In this document: in pieces, positions 10,480 through 23,743 of the stretch
Layout: each line of letters opens with the position of its first letter
How positions within the stretch are numbered: position 1 is the first letter of the stretch
Assembly (NCBI RefSeq): GCF_048593235.1
Contig: NC_133619.1
Location: forward strand, 651,722,558 to 651,786,557
Source: Sminthopsis crassicaudata
Taxonomy: Eukaryota
Direction: 5' to 3'
DNA: 64,000 nucleotides
Program-made: the position numbers and the translations under genes
The notes under the pieces: generated by a model
Seen by the model: only the letters and a program-made list of their open reading frames with translations
Told to the model about the DNA's origin: nothing
Database searches by the model: none

Positions 10480-13470
10480 GGAATTCACCATTAATCAAGA
10501 GGAAAGTAAAGCAATTTGGCGGGGCTATTGTGCCCAATTATATCGCCAATAAATTTGAAATGGATGAATGTTTGCGAAAAAAGAAATTGCCCGAATTAAC
10601 AGAAGAGAGGACAGAATGCTTAGCCCTGTTTTAGAAAAAGAAATTAAATAAACCATCATTGAGCTCCCTAGAAAAACTCCCCAGGACCTGATGGGTTCGT
10701 GTTAAATCTACCAAACATGTAGAGAATATCAATAAATTTAAAAAAATAAAAAGAGAAATTCAATTACTTGTATAATACTGCAATTATTCTCTAAATTCCA
10801 ATATTATACAAATTATTTCATTAAATAGACAAAGAGTTCTACCAAATTTCTTTCAGAACACAAATATGATAGATATCTAAACTAGGAAGAGCAAGAACAG
10901 AGAAAATTATAGGCCAATTTCACTAATGAATACAGACGCAAAAAAAAGTTTAAAATGCTAGCAAGAGGAATGCAGCAATAGATCACAAAGATTTTACACT
11001 ATGATCAGGTGGGATTTATACCAGGAATCACATGATGATCTCAACAGATGCAGAAAAAGCTTTTGACAAAATGTAGCACTCATTCCTATTAAAACACTAG
11101 AAAGCATAAGAATAAATGCAGCTTTCCTTAAAATAAGTAGCATCTAATCTAAAGCTATCACAAACATGATATATAAAGGAGAAAAACTAGAAGTTTTCCC
11201 AATAAAAATGGGGGTGAAGGAAGGACGCCTCGTATCACCACTTTTATTCAACATTATACTAGCTATATCAATAAGAGCAGAAAAAAAATTGAAGGAATTA
11301 GAAAAGGCAATGAGGAAACACAATTTATCACTGTAGATGATATGATGCTAAACTTAGAGAATCAACGAAAAACCTAGTTGAAATGATCAACTTTAGCAAA
11401 ATTACAGAAAACAAAATAAGCCCACATAAATCATCAGCATTTTACATATTATGAACAAAGTCAGAGAGCGACAGATAGAACAAGAAATTCCATTTAAAAT
11501 AACTGTAGACAAGATAAAATATTGAGAATCTATCTGCCAAGAGAAACCCAGGAACTACATGAATACAATTATAAAACACTTAGTACAAATAAAGTCAGAC
11601 TAAACAACTGGGGAAATGTTAATTGCCCATGGGTAGGCCAAGCCAATATAAGAAAAACGACATTAATTTACTTATTCATTGTCATTCAAAGCAAACTACC
11701 CAAAAAAATTATAGTTCGAAAAATAATCACAAAATTCATCTGGAAGAACAAAATGTCAAGAATATCAAGGAAATTAATGAGAAATCATATGTAAAGGAAG
11801 ACAGCATAGCTAAACTAGGTCTGAAGTTGTATACAAAGCAGTAATCATCAAAGCAATCTGGTACTGGCCAAGGAATGGAGCAGTAGATCAGTAAACTAGA
11901 TTGGGTACACAACACAAAGTAGTAAATCACCATAATAATCTAATGTTTGATAAACACAAAGGTGCACGTTTTCAGGACAAGAACTCACTATTTGATGGGG
12001 GAAAAAATGCTAGGAAGGCAGTTAGGCAGAAACTACAATATAGATCAATATCTCACACAGCATACCAAGATAGAGTCAAAATAGACACATGATTTGGACA
12101 TGAAGGCAATACCAAAGCAAATTAGGGGAGCATGGAATAGTTTACCTGTCAGATCCATGAATGAAGGCAGAATTTAGGTCCCAAACAAGAGCCAAAATTA
12201 AGATATATAAAATGGATCACTTCTATTAAATTTAAAAGCTGCTACAAAAACAAAACTGATAAAGCCAAAATTAAAAGAAAAGCAGAAGAGTGAGTGGAGA
12301 GAGGGGAATTCTTATAGCAAGTCTCTCTGATAAAGGCCTCATTCTCAAATATGTAGAGAACGGAATCAAATTTCTCAGGAGTCATTCCTGCAGCTGATGA
12401 ATGGGCACATTTCAGAAGAAAACAGTCATATATAGTCAAATGAAAAAAAAATGCTCTAAATCACAATTGATTATAGGAATGCAAATAAAAACAATTCTGA
12501 TGTAACACTTCACGCCTGTCAGACTGGCTAATATGACAGAAAAGGAAAATGACAAGTGTGGGAGATATGGGGAAATTTGGACACCAATGCGGTGTTGGTG
12601 GAGTTATGAACTAATGTAACATTTGGTTACCTATGCCCAAAGGATTATAAAATTATACATACCCCTCGACCCAGCAACAGGTCTACTAGGTCTGAATCNN
12701 NNNNNNNNNNNNNNNNNNNNNNNNNNNNNNNNNNNNNNNNNNNNNNNNNNNNNNNNNNNNNNNNNNNNNNNNNNNNNNNNNNNNNNNNNNNNNNNNNNNN
12801 NNNNNNNNNNNNNNNNNNNNNNNNNNNNNNNNNNNNNNNNNNNNNNNNNNNNNNNNNNNNNNNNNNNNNNNNNNNNNNNNNNNNNNNNNNNNNNNNNNNN
12901 NNNNNNNNNNNNNNNNNNNNNNNNNNNNNNNNNNNNNNNNNNNNNNNNNNNNNNNNNNNNNNNNNNNNNNNNNNNNNNNNNNNNNNNNNNNNNNNNNNNN
13001 NNNNNNNNNNNNNNNNNNNNNNNNNNAGGAAGCAATAGGATCTATATGTACCAAACTGAAGCAAATCTCTTTGAGGTGCAAAGAAATGGAAACTGAGGGA
13101 ATGCCATCCGCTAACTGGAGAATGACCTAGCCAGCTGTGGTACAAGGCGGGGATAAAGCACTCTTGTGCCATGAGAAATGAGGAGCAAGATGCTCTCAGG
13201 AAAACCTGGAAAGCCTTACAGGACCTGATGCTGAGTGAAGAAGCAGAGCCAGGAGAGCGCTGTTCACAGTAACAGAATCACCGAGGGATGGTCAGCCACG
13301 AATGACCATCAGCAATGATCCAAGGCAACTCCTAAGGACTTCCGATGGAACATGCTATCCCTTTTCAAAGAAAGAACTGATGAAATTTGAATGCAGATCT
13401 AAGCACACCTGTTTTTAACTTTATTTTTCTGGGTTTTTTTCCCTCTTTTGATCTGTTTCTTCTTTCATGA
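10480..13470 (+). mobile_element. Degraded, 5'-truncated L1 (ORF2 RT/C-terminal region plus 3' UTR), interrupted by an N gap
   Basis: L1 ORF2 remnants (DQVGFIPG, DAEKAFDK, ADDM, KFIWKNK peptide) with many stops and frameshifts; L1-type 3' UTR near 13050-13470. Confidence 0.9.
12699..13026. other. Assembly gap (N run)
   Basis: Run of N. Confidence 1.
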
Positions 13471-14873
13471 CATGGTTAATGTGGAAATATGCTTTGTATG
13501 AGTCACAAGTATTATAGATATATATATCTAATTATAATTTTATATTTACATATATACGTGTATATATGTATTATACATATATATTATACACACACACACA
13601 CATATATATGTAAATGTAAAATTAATTGCTTTCCTAAGGAGGGGAGAGAGAATTTGGAACTCCACATTTTAAAAAATGAATGTTTAAAATTGTTTTTACA
13701 GTAAATGGAAAAATAAAATTTGATGAAAAACAACAACAGCGTTACCAAAGGAACAAAGGGGAGATGTTCTAAACTTTGGGGGGAGGGGCGCAGCAGCAGC
13801 AGCTGGGAGGATCAGCAAAGGCTGGAGAAAAGAGGCAGCAGCTGAAAAAAAAGCTGAGCTGGGAAGGAAACCAGGGATTCTTGAGGGGGGGAGGGAGGAA
13901 GGCTGACTGTGTCCTCCTGGAAAAGGATGATCCAGGCTTCCAGCAGCCTGGTCTGCGGGGCTTGGGATCTCCTTGAAGGGATTCTTTGCATGCCAGGTTC
14001 TTAGCACAGGGACTGGCATTCAGTAGGTGCTTAATCAGTGTTTATTAAGAGACTAAAGTGGGGCAACTGATCCTGCATTGGGCCAGATCAAGGTTAGAAA
14101 GTTTTTTCCTGATTGGAAGACCAAATCCAAGCCTTTCAACAGTTCCCCTGCTCCTCCTAGACCGGCGGGGGAGTCAGTTGCGGGGCTCTTGGTCATCAGC
14201 AGTCCAATCTTTCCCGGACGCTATTTTACAGGAAGGTCAACTGAGGCCTGGAGGTCAGAACTGACTCTTAGGAGCACACCGCTCCGCTGGTTCTCTCCCT
14301 CAGCCTAAGAACTGCAGAAAATAAGCAGAACCCCCAAAAGGCACTTGCCCGGGTTTGCCCAGTGAGGCCGGGCAGAATCCAGCCCTGCACCGCTGCCCTG
14401 CTGCCCCTGCTGAGGAAAGGCAGGAAGAGCTCTGGAAGGGGGAGGGGAGGACGCAGTCAGACAAGGACAGAGATGGACGAGGACCCCATGGCTACAGACT
14501 CGGCTGGAACGCCTGGCCTTTGTCTTGTCGGGATGGGAGGGAGGAGGAGCGCTCCAGCCTTGGTCCGGGCCAGGGTGGCCCACAGCAGACTGCCCGCTGT
14601 CTTGGGGAGGGGCTGGGGGGGCTAGAGGACAAAGTCTTACAAAAATGAACTGTGACAACTGTCTCTGCATTGTTTGGAAAAATTAACTCTTGAAAAAATG
14701 CTCTCTTTCGTTCCTTTGTTGCTTAGTTAAGCTACCTGCCATTTATTTGGAATTGATTTTTTTCAATCAACAACAATCCACCTTCTCTCCCTTTCACCTC
14801 CCCCCCCCCCATGAAAAGAAAGAAAAACAGCAAAACCCCAGGCAGAAAGATGGGGGAGGGGGAGCAAGAGAGA

Positions 14874-15681
14874 NNNNNNNNNNNNNNNNNNNNNNNNNNN
14901 NNNNNNNNNNNNNNNNNNNNNNNNNNNNNNNNNNNNNNNNNNNNNNNNNNNNNNNNNNNNNNNNNNNNNNNNNNNNNNNNNNNNNNNNNNNNNNNNNNNN
15001 NNNNNNNNNNNNNNNNNNNNNNNNNNNNNNNNNNNNNNNNNNNNNNNNNNNNNNNNNNNNNNNNNNNNNNNNNNNNNNNNNNNNNNNNNNNNNNNNNNNN
15101 NNNNNNNNNNNNNNNNNNNNNNNNNNNNNNNNNNNNNNNNNNNNNNNNNNNNNNNNNNNNNNNNNNNNNNNNNNNNNNNNNNNNNNNNNNNNNNNNNNNN
15201 NNNNNNNNNNNNNNNNNNNNNNNNNNNNNNNNNNNNNNNNNNNNNNNNNNNNNNNNNNNNNNNNNNNNNNNNNNNNNNNNNNNNNNNNNNNNNNNNNNNN
15301 NNNNNNNNNNNNNNNNNNNNNNNNNNNNNNNNNNNNNNNNNNNNNNNNNNNNNNNNNNNNNNNNNNNNNNNNNNNNNNNNNNNNNNNNNNNNGGGGNNNN
15401 NNNNNNNNNNNNNNNNNNNNNNNNNNNNNNNNNNNNNNNNNNNNNNNNNNNNNNNNNNNNNNNNNNNNNNNNNNNNNNNNNNNNNNNNNNNNNNNNNNNN
15501 NNNNNNNNNNNNNNNNNNNNNNNNNNNNNNNNNNNNNNNNNNNNNNNNNNNNNNNNNNNNNNNNNNNNNNNNNNNNNNNNNNNNNNNNNNNNNNNNNNNN
15601 NNNNNNNNNNNNNNNNNNNNNNNNNNNNNNNNNNNNNNNNNNNNNNNNNNNNNNNNNNNNNNNNNNNNNNNNNNNNNNNNN
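14874..15681. other. Assembly gap (N run with 4 called G at 15393-15396), flanked by GA-rich sequence
   Basis: Run of N; agag on both flanks suggests a collapsed GA microsatellite. Confidence 1.
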
Positions 15682-17369
15682 GGAGAGAGACAGAAACAGA
15701 AAGTGTGGGGAGAGCAGGAGGCCGCTCCCACGGAGGCCTTCAGGTGTGGGCCTGGCCCTGGGCAGCAGTGGCTCCCAGCCCCCCACTCAGCTGCCTCAGC
15801 CGCCGGGGGGATGCCCCTCAGCCCTGGTTTCAGCCTGGATCTGCCCTCAGAGCCAGGCTGTTGGCCGAAAGCCGCCTCTTCTCTAGAACTCCAGGGCCCT
15901 CAGCCTGGCTCCTGCCTTCGGCCTCGAGTCAAGGATCACACTGGGCCCTCGGACTGTGTATGAGCTAACCGGGAGGGGTCCGGTGGTTTTGGGGGCCCCC
16001 GGCTGGGCCAGGAGGCAGTCCAGATCTTCGCCTTGGGGGGGACCTGCACGTGGCTCAATCCTGTCTGGAGGGGCGCCAGCAGGAGTCCCTGCAGGAATGC
16101 TCTCAAGACAGACAGACAGACAGCAACAAGGGGGGCCCCACGCAGGGATTTAGATGAGCTGAGAGACAGAGATCGCGACAGCAGCTGGGAGTGGGAGCCC
16201 CATGATCTGAGCAGGGGGTCTGTAGGGCCCCCCCATCATCTGGTTGGGGATAGGGCGTTCCCCCTCAGCTGTAATAGGGAGGGGCCATTCCTCCTTCACT
16301 TTGGAAGGAGGGAGAGGGCTCCCCTCTAAAATCTGCGGCTCATCTCCAGCTGCGGGATAAGTGGAGAGCACCCAATGTGCCCATTATGGGCCCCCTTCAC
16401 TGAAGGCTCTGTTACTGTCTGGCACAGAGCCTTCAGTGAAGGTGGCCCATCACGGCACATGGCGGGGGGGGGGGGGTGGTCAGCGAGCCAGAAAGAAGTT
16501 TCCACAGCAAATTAAAACCATCACAAATCAGAATACAAGATGAGCCCCAAAGAACAAAATCACCGGGGACATTTCCACTGCACCCTTGTCACAAACCTAT
16601 GGGGTCCAGCTCCTCCATGGGCCACGTCAACTAATCTCTAGAGACCCCCGAGCCACTGGCTCCCGATCTCGACAGGAGTCCCCTGGAATCGGGGCCATCA
16701 CCTTAGGGAGCTGCTCGTCCTTTCTGAATCGCTGCTGTCCCACAAATTGTCCGGCCGGTACGTCTCAGAATCCCAGAGGAACACGTTCCCGAGCCCAGAA
16801 CTAACCAGGGATCCTCCCCACCAACTCCCTCCCCCCTCAAAGCTTGTGATGAATATGGAGTTGTGGGAACCCTGGACAACGTCCCGGAAAATAGGGAGCA
16901 TATCCAGAGTATTGTGGCCAACTGCGACCAACCGCCACCACTGGGCAGGTAAACCCAAGAGCCGGGAGCGGCAGCATGGAACCCAGACCTCTTACCCATC
17001 CTCCCAGGAAGCATGAAGATGTGCAGGGGGAGGGGGGCGATCCTCCTCAGCAGCCCCAGCTAGGAAGGACCCAGAAGCTTCTCCCACTAGTCTGACACGC
17101 AAATGATTCGACCTCTGAAAGGGGAGGATTTTATAAGCAGAGATGACATTCAAGAAGAGGCTTTGCCCTGCCGTCCTACGGATCATGGATCATGTCTGCC
17201 CTGCATCAGAAACAGCCTTGAGGTGATGTCTCCTCAGTCTGTATGTGAGCTCTTAAGGGCCGGAAATGCTTTGCTTAGTGCTAAATTAATTAACAGGAAA
17301 CACCAAAGGCTTAAAAACAGGAAATACAGAGCTTCTCACAGTGCCTCTCCCAAAAAGCACCTGATGAAT

Positions 17370-17495
17370 GCTCATCCATCCATCCATTGATGTACCCCTC
17401 CACTCAACCATGCATTGATGTATCCTTCCATCCAATCATCCAACCATCTATCCACTCATCCATTTATCCATGCATCCATCCATCCATCTGTCTAT
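17370..17495. repeat. Degenerate (ATCC)n tetranucleotide repeat
   Basis: Repeated catccatcc runs. Confidence 0.85.
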
Positions 17496-17635
17496 CACCC
17501 TGCCAGGTCTAGCGGGCATCAAGCTGGAGCATGTCTGTCAGATCCTTGCCACAAGGGGACTTCCAGGACTCCCGAGAGTTCTAGGGCAGCTGAGCAGGGC
17601 ATGGGAGGCCAAGCCTGAATCAGCTGGCTCTGCCT

Positions 17636-17830
17636 TCCTGAGTTCAAAGCTGACCTAAGGTGCTTCCTGGCGGTGTGACCCTGAACAAGTCCCCTAACCC
17701 TCCCGGCCCCTGCTCCCTTCTCTCTGAAATGAGCTGGAGAAGGAAATGACAAACCAGTCCGGCATCTTTGCTGTGAAAATCCCCAGTGGGGGCGTGAAGA
17801 GCTGGACAGGACTGAAAATGGCTGACCCAC
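17636..17830 (+). mobile_element. CORE-SINE of MAR1/Ther type (MIR core plus RTE-like tail)
   Basis: gagttcaaa...tgtgaccctgaacaagtccc core followed by ggagaaggaaatgacaaaccagtccggcatctttgc tail. Confidence 0.75.
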
Positions 17831-18439
17831 CGGAATGGCCTTTGGGGAGTCAATGTCACTGACTGCATTTCGGACTAAATTAGCCACTTCTTTGTGTATC
17901 CGCTTCATAGGGACCCAAGGCTGATTTCCCTCCCCTCTGTCTCCCACTAGAGGAAGTCCACCCCCGCCCTGGCCCACGTGGGCTTCCACAAGCCCGGCAG
18001 GAACAGGTGTACAAGCAGGACACGGGTCTCGGCTTACGACGAGTGGCGAGCGTCCTTTCCCCAGGTACAGACCAGGGAGGACGGTTTTTTGGCTCACCTA
18101 AGGAATGGCTAACGCAGATATGGTATAGATGGAATGGAACCGACCCGACCCACTGTCCACTGAGTGCCAGAGCATGTCACGCTCTGAGGGACGGAGCCAG
18201 CTCTTCCCATCTCCTGGGCCGGTGGTCGGTAGTAGCCATCCAGGACCCCAAAGAGAAGTCGGGCAACTCCCTTGCCCTTCTCCCTGCCCCTGCTTCTTCT
18301 TGCCTTCCCTTTGACCCGATCCTGGTTGGCCGTTCCAGTGTCCCCCAGTTTCATGACGTTGGTGGTCGGTGGGTTTTAAGGAAAGGCTCTCCATGGCAAC
18401 GCCAAGCTATGTTTCCTTCTAAATAGCATTAGTCCTTTT

Positions 18440-19200
18440 AAATGTTTCAAGTAGCACCATCCCAAAGAGCCGGCCTGTCCTTTCTGCCCCCCACAATTAG
18501 GGAGACTTGAAAGAAAAACGACAGGGGTCTTCACTGCCCAACTGCCTAATGTGGCGAAAGCATGGCGTTAGCCACGTCTGAGAATCGTGGAAATCCCGAC
18601 GTTTCCACCTGGCTGGAGCCTGAAGGGGCACGACCTCGGCCTCTTCCTCATGAGGTGCTCGCTCAGGAGGTCAGCCCCGGCATTGGTGTCCACTCTGCTG
18701 TGCCCCGGCTTGTCCCTCCAGGGCCTTCTCTTTGGATCGCCCTCTCCGCCACGCTCATCATCTCGGCCTCCGTCCCGGCTTCCCTGAGTCCCCGTTAGGA
18801 AGTTTTTCCTGTGTCTTCCCTCCATGGCTTATTTTTTCTAATCTATCTCGTGCTCGGTGCAGTCCGTGCGCTTCAGGAGCCCCGGTCTAACGGGGAGACG
18901 GCTGCGCAAACACCGCGGAGGGAGGGGCGTTAAAAGGGATTCTTCTTAAGGAAGGTCGGGAAGTGGAATGAGGAATGAGGGTTACTCGGACCTCGAGAAG
19001 CAGCCAGGGAGGCTGAATGGAGTCAGGAGATAGGAAGTCTTGTTCAAGGAACAGGCGAGAGGCTGGAGAACATGGAAGAGCTCATGCTGGGGAATACCTA
19101 AAGGGGGGGGCTGGGTTATGAAAAGATGTGTGTTCCACCCCGGGGATTATGGAGGATGGCCCGGTCAGGCCTGCTTTGGGAAGATCGCGTGGAAACGGAG
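18440..19200. mobile_element. Possible highly decayed L2 remnants
   Basis: Weak resemblance to L2 3'-region text by eye only. Confidence 0.35.
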
Positions 19201-20109
19201 CTGAGAACGGGATGAAATGGAGTGGGTGGCCCTCAGACGCCCGTTCCCCCCGGCAGGAGGCTGCCGGCAGCTGGGGGGGAAGCGGCCAGGGCGAGGGTGC
19301 AGTCCGGGGGAATCAATGAAGCCCCTCGGCTGTGAGCCTCGGGGGCTGCTCCAGAGCGCGAGGGCCGAGGACAGGGTCTGGAGGGAAAGACCGCGTTTGT
19401 TTCAGGACCCGGGCTTAAGATTTCCCCAGTCCAAGTGATGAGGCTGGGGGTCAGGAGAAAGGTCAGCGCTGGACAGGCGGATCCGGATGGGCAGGAGACG
19501 GTCACAGAGGCCGTGGGAACTGAGGAGCTCTCTTCCAGTAACACGGGGGAGAAGGGGAGAGGGCCCAGCGCAGAGCTCCATGGGGCCGAGGAAAAGACCC
19601 AGCAAAGGAGATGGGGACGGAGGGGAGGACCGGAAAGCCCGTGTACAAGAGAGCAGCCAGGGAGAGGGGGTCACCGGCCGGTCAGCGGCTGCCTGGGGCT
19701 CAGGAGGCTGAGGCTGGAGAGGAGGCCCCGGGATTGGGCCACAGACAGAGATGGCTGGGCGCCTCAGAGCGGGGCGAGGAGCCCCAGGCCCACGGGCCTA
19801 GGACCCGCCACCGTCAGCTTCACCCTCGATCACGGGGTATGGCCGCCACTGAGCTCACAGACACCCACGCGGCCCTGGGGGCCCTGCTTTAGGAAGGGCC
19901 GTTTGGGCTGAAGGAGGAAGTCAGAACCCAGACTGTGGGTGTGGAGAGAAGGAAGTGGAGGCGAGAGCCTCCCCTGCAGGGGAAGAAGTGGGGGGACAAG
20001 GCCAAAATGGAGGGGGGCATGAGGGAGGATGAAATGGTGAGAGAGAGTGGGGGGGTGCTGGGTCTGCAGTCAGGAGGGTCTGTCTTCCCGAGCTCAGAAA
20101 CAGCACGAG

Positions 20110-20812
20110 GGCACACCCACACATGTGCACGCACACACAGGCACACACGCGCACTCACACATGCACGCACGCGCACACACACATGCACGCGCACACACAC
20201 GCACCCACACACGCGCACTCACACACATGCACATGCANNNNNNNNNNNNNNNNNNNNNNNNNNNNNNNNNNNNNNNNNNNNNNNNNNNNNNNNNNNNNNN
20301 NNNNNNNNNNNNNNNNNNNNNNNNNNNNNNNNNNNNNNNNNNNNNNNNNNNNNNNNNNNNNNNNNNNNNNNNNNNNNNNNNNNNNNNNNNNNNNNNNNNN
20401 NNNNNNNNNNNNNNNNNNNCACATACACGCTCACACGTGCACGCACACACATGCACCCACACACGCGCATGCACGCACACACATGCACTCACGCACACTC
20501 ACACACATGCACACACACATGCACACACATGCTCAACGCACGCACACACATGCACACCCACACTCACACATGCACACACATGCGCTCACACGCACACACA
20601 TACATGCTCACACGTACACGCACACACATGCACCACACACGCGCATGCACGCACACACATGCACACACGCGCACATGCACGCACACACGCACCCACACAT
20701 GCGCACACATGCACGCATGCACACACGCACACTCACACATGCGCACACACGTGCACACACACGCGCGCGCACACCCCCACACACACACACATACACGCAA
20801 ACCTACACATCC
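20110..20812. repeat. CA-rich low-complexity repeat (cacacatgcacgca...), containing an N gap at 20238-20419
   Basis: Alternating purine-pyrimidine tract of ~700 bp. Confidence 0.95.
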
Positions 20813-21525
20813 GGATGCAGAGTTCTGAAGTATTTTCGGGAACAGCGCCCCCAGTCCCGCGCTCCCCTCGCCCAACCTTTGGGTTGAGGTGGAATGTTAA
20901 GAGTTGCCTCCATTAGTGCTCCTTGTTATGCATTTAGGGCCCCGGCCGTGGACGCTCGGATTTACTTGGACACTGGCTCTCGCTCCCCGCCGCGGAGCCG
21001 GCTAGCCCAGCGCGCACGGGAACGCCCTCTCTCCAGCCCGGGTGTCAGGCTTTTCTCGGGGAGGGGCAGAGTCCTCCCCCTCCGCTTCCCTCCTTGCTCT
21101 TGGATATCGTTCCAAGGCTTTTCAGTCTCATGTGCCCTGTGGATAATTTTGGCTCCTGCGATCCCCACTATCCTTTGGTCAGATGTTAAACGTTTAACAA
21201 AAGGCTCTCCAGGAAAAACGACACAGTAAGTAAGTAGGACACCCTTTAAAGCTTAATCTGAGCGAATACTTTCCTCAACGCTCAAGTCTCCAGCCCGACG
21301 ATCAGTCAGACCCGGAGGCGCGCTTAGCTTTTGCTTCCTTAGGAATTCTGCCCAGTCACTCAGGCCCTCCCCTGGCGGATCGGGCCCAGAGGGCCGGGAG
21401 CTGCAGAGGCGGCGCATGGGGGCCCGGCTGCGGGCAGTGCCCTGGTGCTAGAGCCCCGGAGGTCCCGGTTCTTTTTCCTGGGACTCGGGAGAAACTGACG
21501 TCTGAGACCTCTGGCAGCTGGAGTC

Positions 21526-21531
21526 TTTATT
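21526..21531 (-). terminator. DHDH polyadenylation signal AATAAA
   Basis: tttatt ~170 nt beyond the stop. Confidence 0.75.
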
Positions 21532-21699
21532 CCGGAACACCGCCTGGGGCTCGTGGCAAGTGACCCCAATTCCCTTGAGGTTTCAGCCCAGGGGGAAGCG
21601 AGGGCTGGCGTTCTGCCCCTCTACCACTGGGGGGCGCCTTCGGCGACAACGCAGAAGACGATGCGGGCTGACCACCTGACCGGCCAGCGGCCCGGAAGC

Positions 21700-23743
21700 T
21701 TAGGCTCGGTCCTGGGCGTACTTGAGCCCAATCTGTCTCCTGCTTTCCTCCAAGATGTCCGCCAGGAGCTCGCTCTCTGCCAGGGGCATTAGCGGGCTCT
21801 CCTTCAGGCCTAGGGAATGGACGAGGTCAGGCGCTGGCCCCGGGGTGGGGGCTGGGACCCACGAGGCCCCTCCCCCCAGCTCACCCTGCAGCAGACACTG
21901 CCGCACGTGCTGGGCCTCGTGGACCATGCCCATGGAATGGACGAAGTTGAGCTTCTCGGGGCCGGGCGCCGCGGGCAGCGGGAACTCGGTGCGCTTGCCG
22001 TTCACTACCAGCGCCGTGGGGCACCACATGTTGGCCGGGATCTGGGAGGAGAGGGGCACGGGAGAGGGGCCGACTCCAGCGCGGCCCCGGGTCCCAGGCG
22101 GCCCCGCGAGCCCCGGGCCCTCTCACCTGGGCCCGGCCTTTGGTTCCGAACACGGTGAGCGAGTTGGACAGCTCAGTGGTGATGCTGCAGCTGAAGCTGG
22201 CCTGCAGCCCCCCGGGGTACCGGAGGACCCCCGTCACCGTGTCATCCACACCTGGGGGGCACTGGGAGTCAGGGAGGGCCACCCTCACTCGCAGCCCCCC
22301 CAGCCTTCCCCCCTACCCTTCTCGTGGAGCAGCCCCTCGGCGTGGATCCTCTCGGGCCGCCGGCCCCCGCCCACCATGGAGATGAACTGGAGGCAGTAGA
22401 TGCCCAGGTCCAGCAGCGCGCCCCCGGCCTGGGCCCAGTCGGTGGCGCGCGGAAAATGGCGGAGATCCAAACCGAACTCCACGTGGACCAGACGCACCTC
22501 CCCGAGGGTGCCCTGGGACAGCAGGGCCCGCAGCGCCTCGGTGGCGGGGAAGAAGCGGGTCCAGATGGCCTGGAGGGAGGGGGGTGGAGGGCACAGCGGG
22601 CTGAGGCCCGGGGCGGCCCCCTCCGCATTCCAGAAGGAACCCTGACACGGATTCCCACAATTCCCTTGAGGGCTCAGCCCCAGGAAAGCCAGGGCTGGCG
22701 GTCTGCACCCCCACCACCGGGGGGCGTGTGCGGGCCAGGCCCTGGGGTGGCGTTCTGGACCCCCACCACCAGGGGGCGCGCGCAGGCCAGGCACTGGGGT
22801 GGCTGGGGGTGGCGTTCTGGACCCTCACCACCAGGGGGCGCGCGCGGACCAGGCGCAGACATCACTCACCTCCATCAGGAAAAGGCCGCGGGCCCTCGCG
22901 GCTGCCGCCATCTCGCGAACCTCGGTGGCCGTGACCCCGAGAGGCTTCTCGCACAGCACTGGCTTTCCCGCCTCTAGGCCCAGCAGCACAGCCCTCCAGT
23001 GCTGAGGGTGCTGAGCGCCCACGTACACTAAGTCTAAGGCGGGTCAGAGACTAAGAGGCGGGGCCATCAAGAGGCCCCGCCCATCCACGGGCCAGGCCGT
23101 CCTTCCGCAGAGGCCCCGCCCCCAAACTTTTCCTTCCTCGGCAGCTCCGGCACCTCCCCTCCGAGGACGCCCCGCCCCCACGGCCCGCCTTCCGCCAGCC
23201 CCGCCCCTCCCCCAGCTCTCCCAGGCACAGTCCCCAAACATCCCCGGGGCCCGCCTCACCCACGTCCGGGTCCCGCACCAGCTCCTCATAGGAGCCGTAG
23301 CTCTTGGGGATCTCGTGCCTTCTGGCGAAGTCCTGAGCCCGGTCCAGGGCCCTGGCGGCCACGGCCACAATCTGTGACCAGAGACCCCTTTCAATCGGCG
23401 CCCGGGCCCAGCCACGCTCCCTCGGTGTCCTGTCCACCAGACCCCTCCCCCCGCAGCCCCGTGTGCTCTGGGCGACCTCAGAGCCGCTCCCCAGCTTCAC
23501 CCTTCGGGGACTCGGGCGCCAGGCACGCCCCTCGCGGCCTCAGGCCCGGGCAATCGCAGCGCCCCCTCCCCCACGTCTGGCACCAGAGGGAGCCGGGCCC
23601 CCCTCCCCCCCCCCCCCCCCCCCCGCCCTCGCCTCCCCCGGCGGGACCTCATGCTCGGAGCGCGGCAGGCTCCTCAGGGCAGTGGCGAAGTCGTGGGAGA
23701 TGAGGCCGGCGGCCAGGAGCCCCCAGCGCAGAGCTCGGCCCAT
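21700..23743 (-). CDS. DHDH: Dihydrodiol dehydrogenase (Gfo/Idh/MocA family), 7 exons, 338 aa
   Basis: Exons 23743-23648, 23371-23260, 23033-22870, 22569-22317, 22251-22127, 22041-21885, 21809-21700 (1017 nt). Motifs [44 protein letters not shown]. Confidence 0.97.
22714..22841 (+). promoter_or_regulatory. Three tandem CTCF-like motifs in DHDH intron 3
   Basis: ccaccggggggcg 22714-22726; ccaccagggggcgc 22766-22779 and 22828-22841. A fourth, ccactggggggcgc, lies at 21624-21637. Confidence 0.7.

Noticed and set aside
16540-17020. Unexplained mid-GC segment with faint resemblance to an RTE C-terminus (LWPTATNRHHW)
   Set aside because: Too weak to call by eye in any frame; needs a Dfam or tBLASTx search.
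12623-20916. Long ORFs containing X runs or His/Thr/Ala repeats
   Set aside because: Artefacts of N gaps and the CA-rich repeat.
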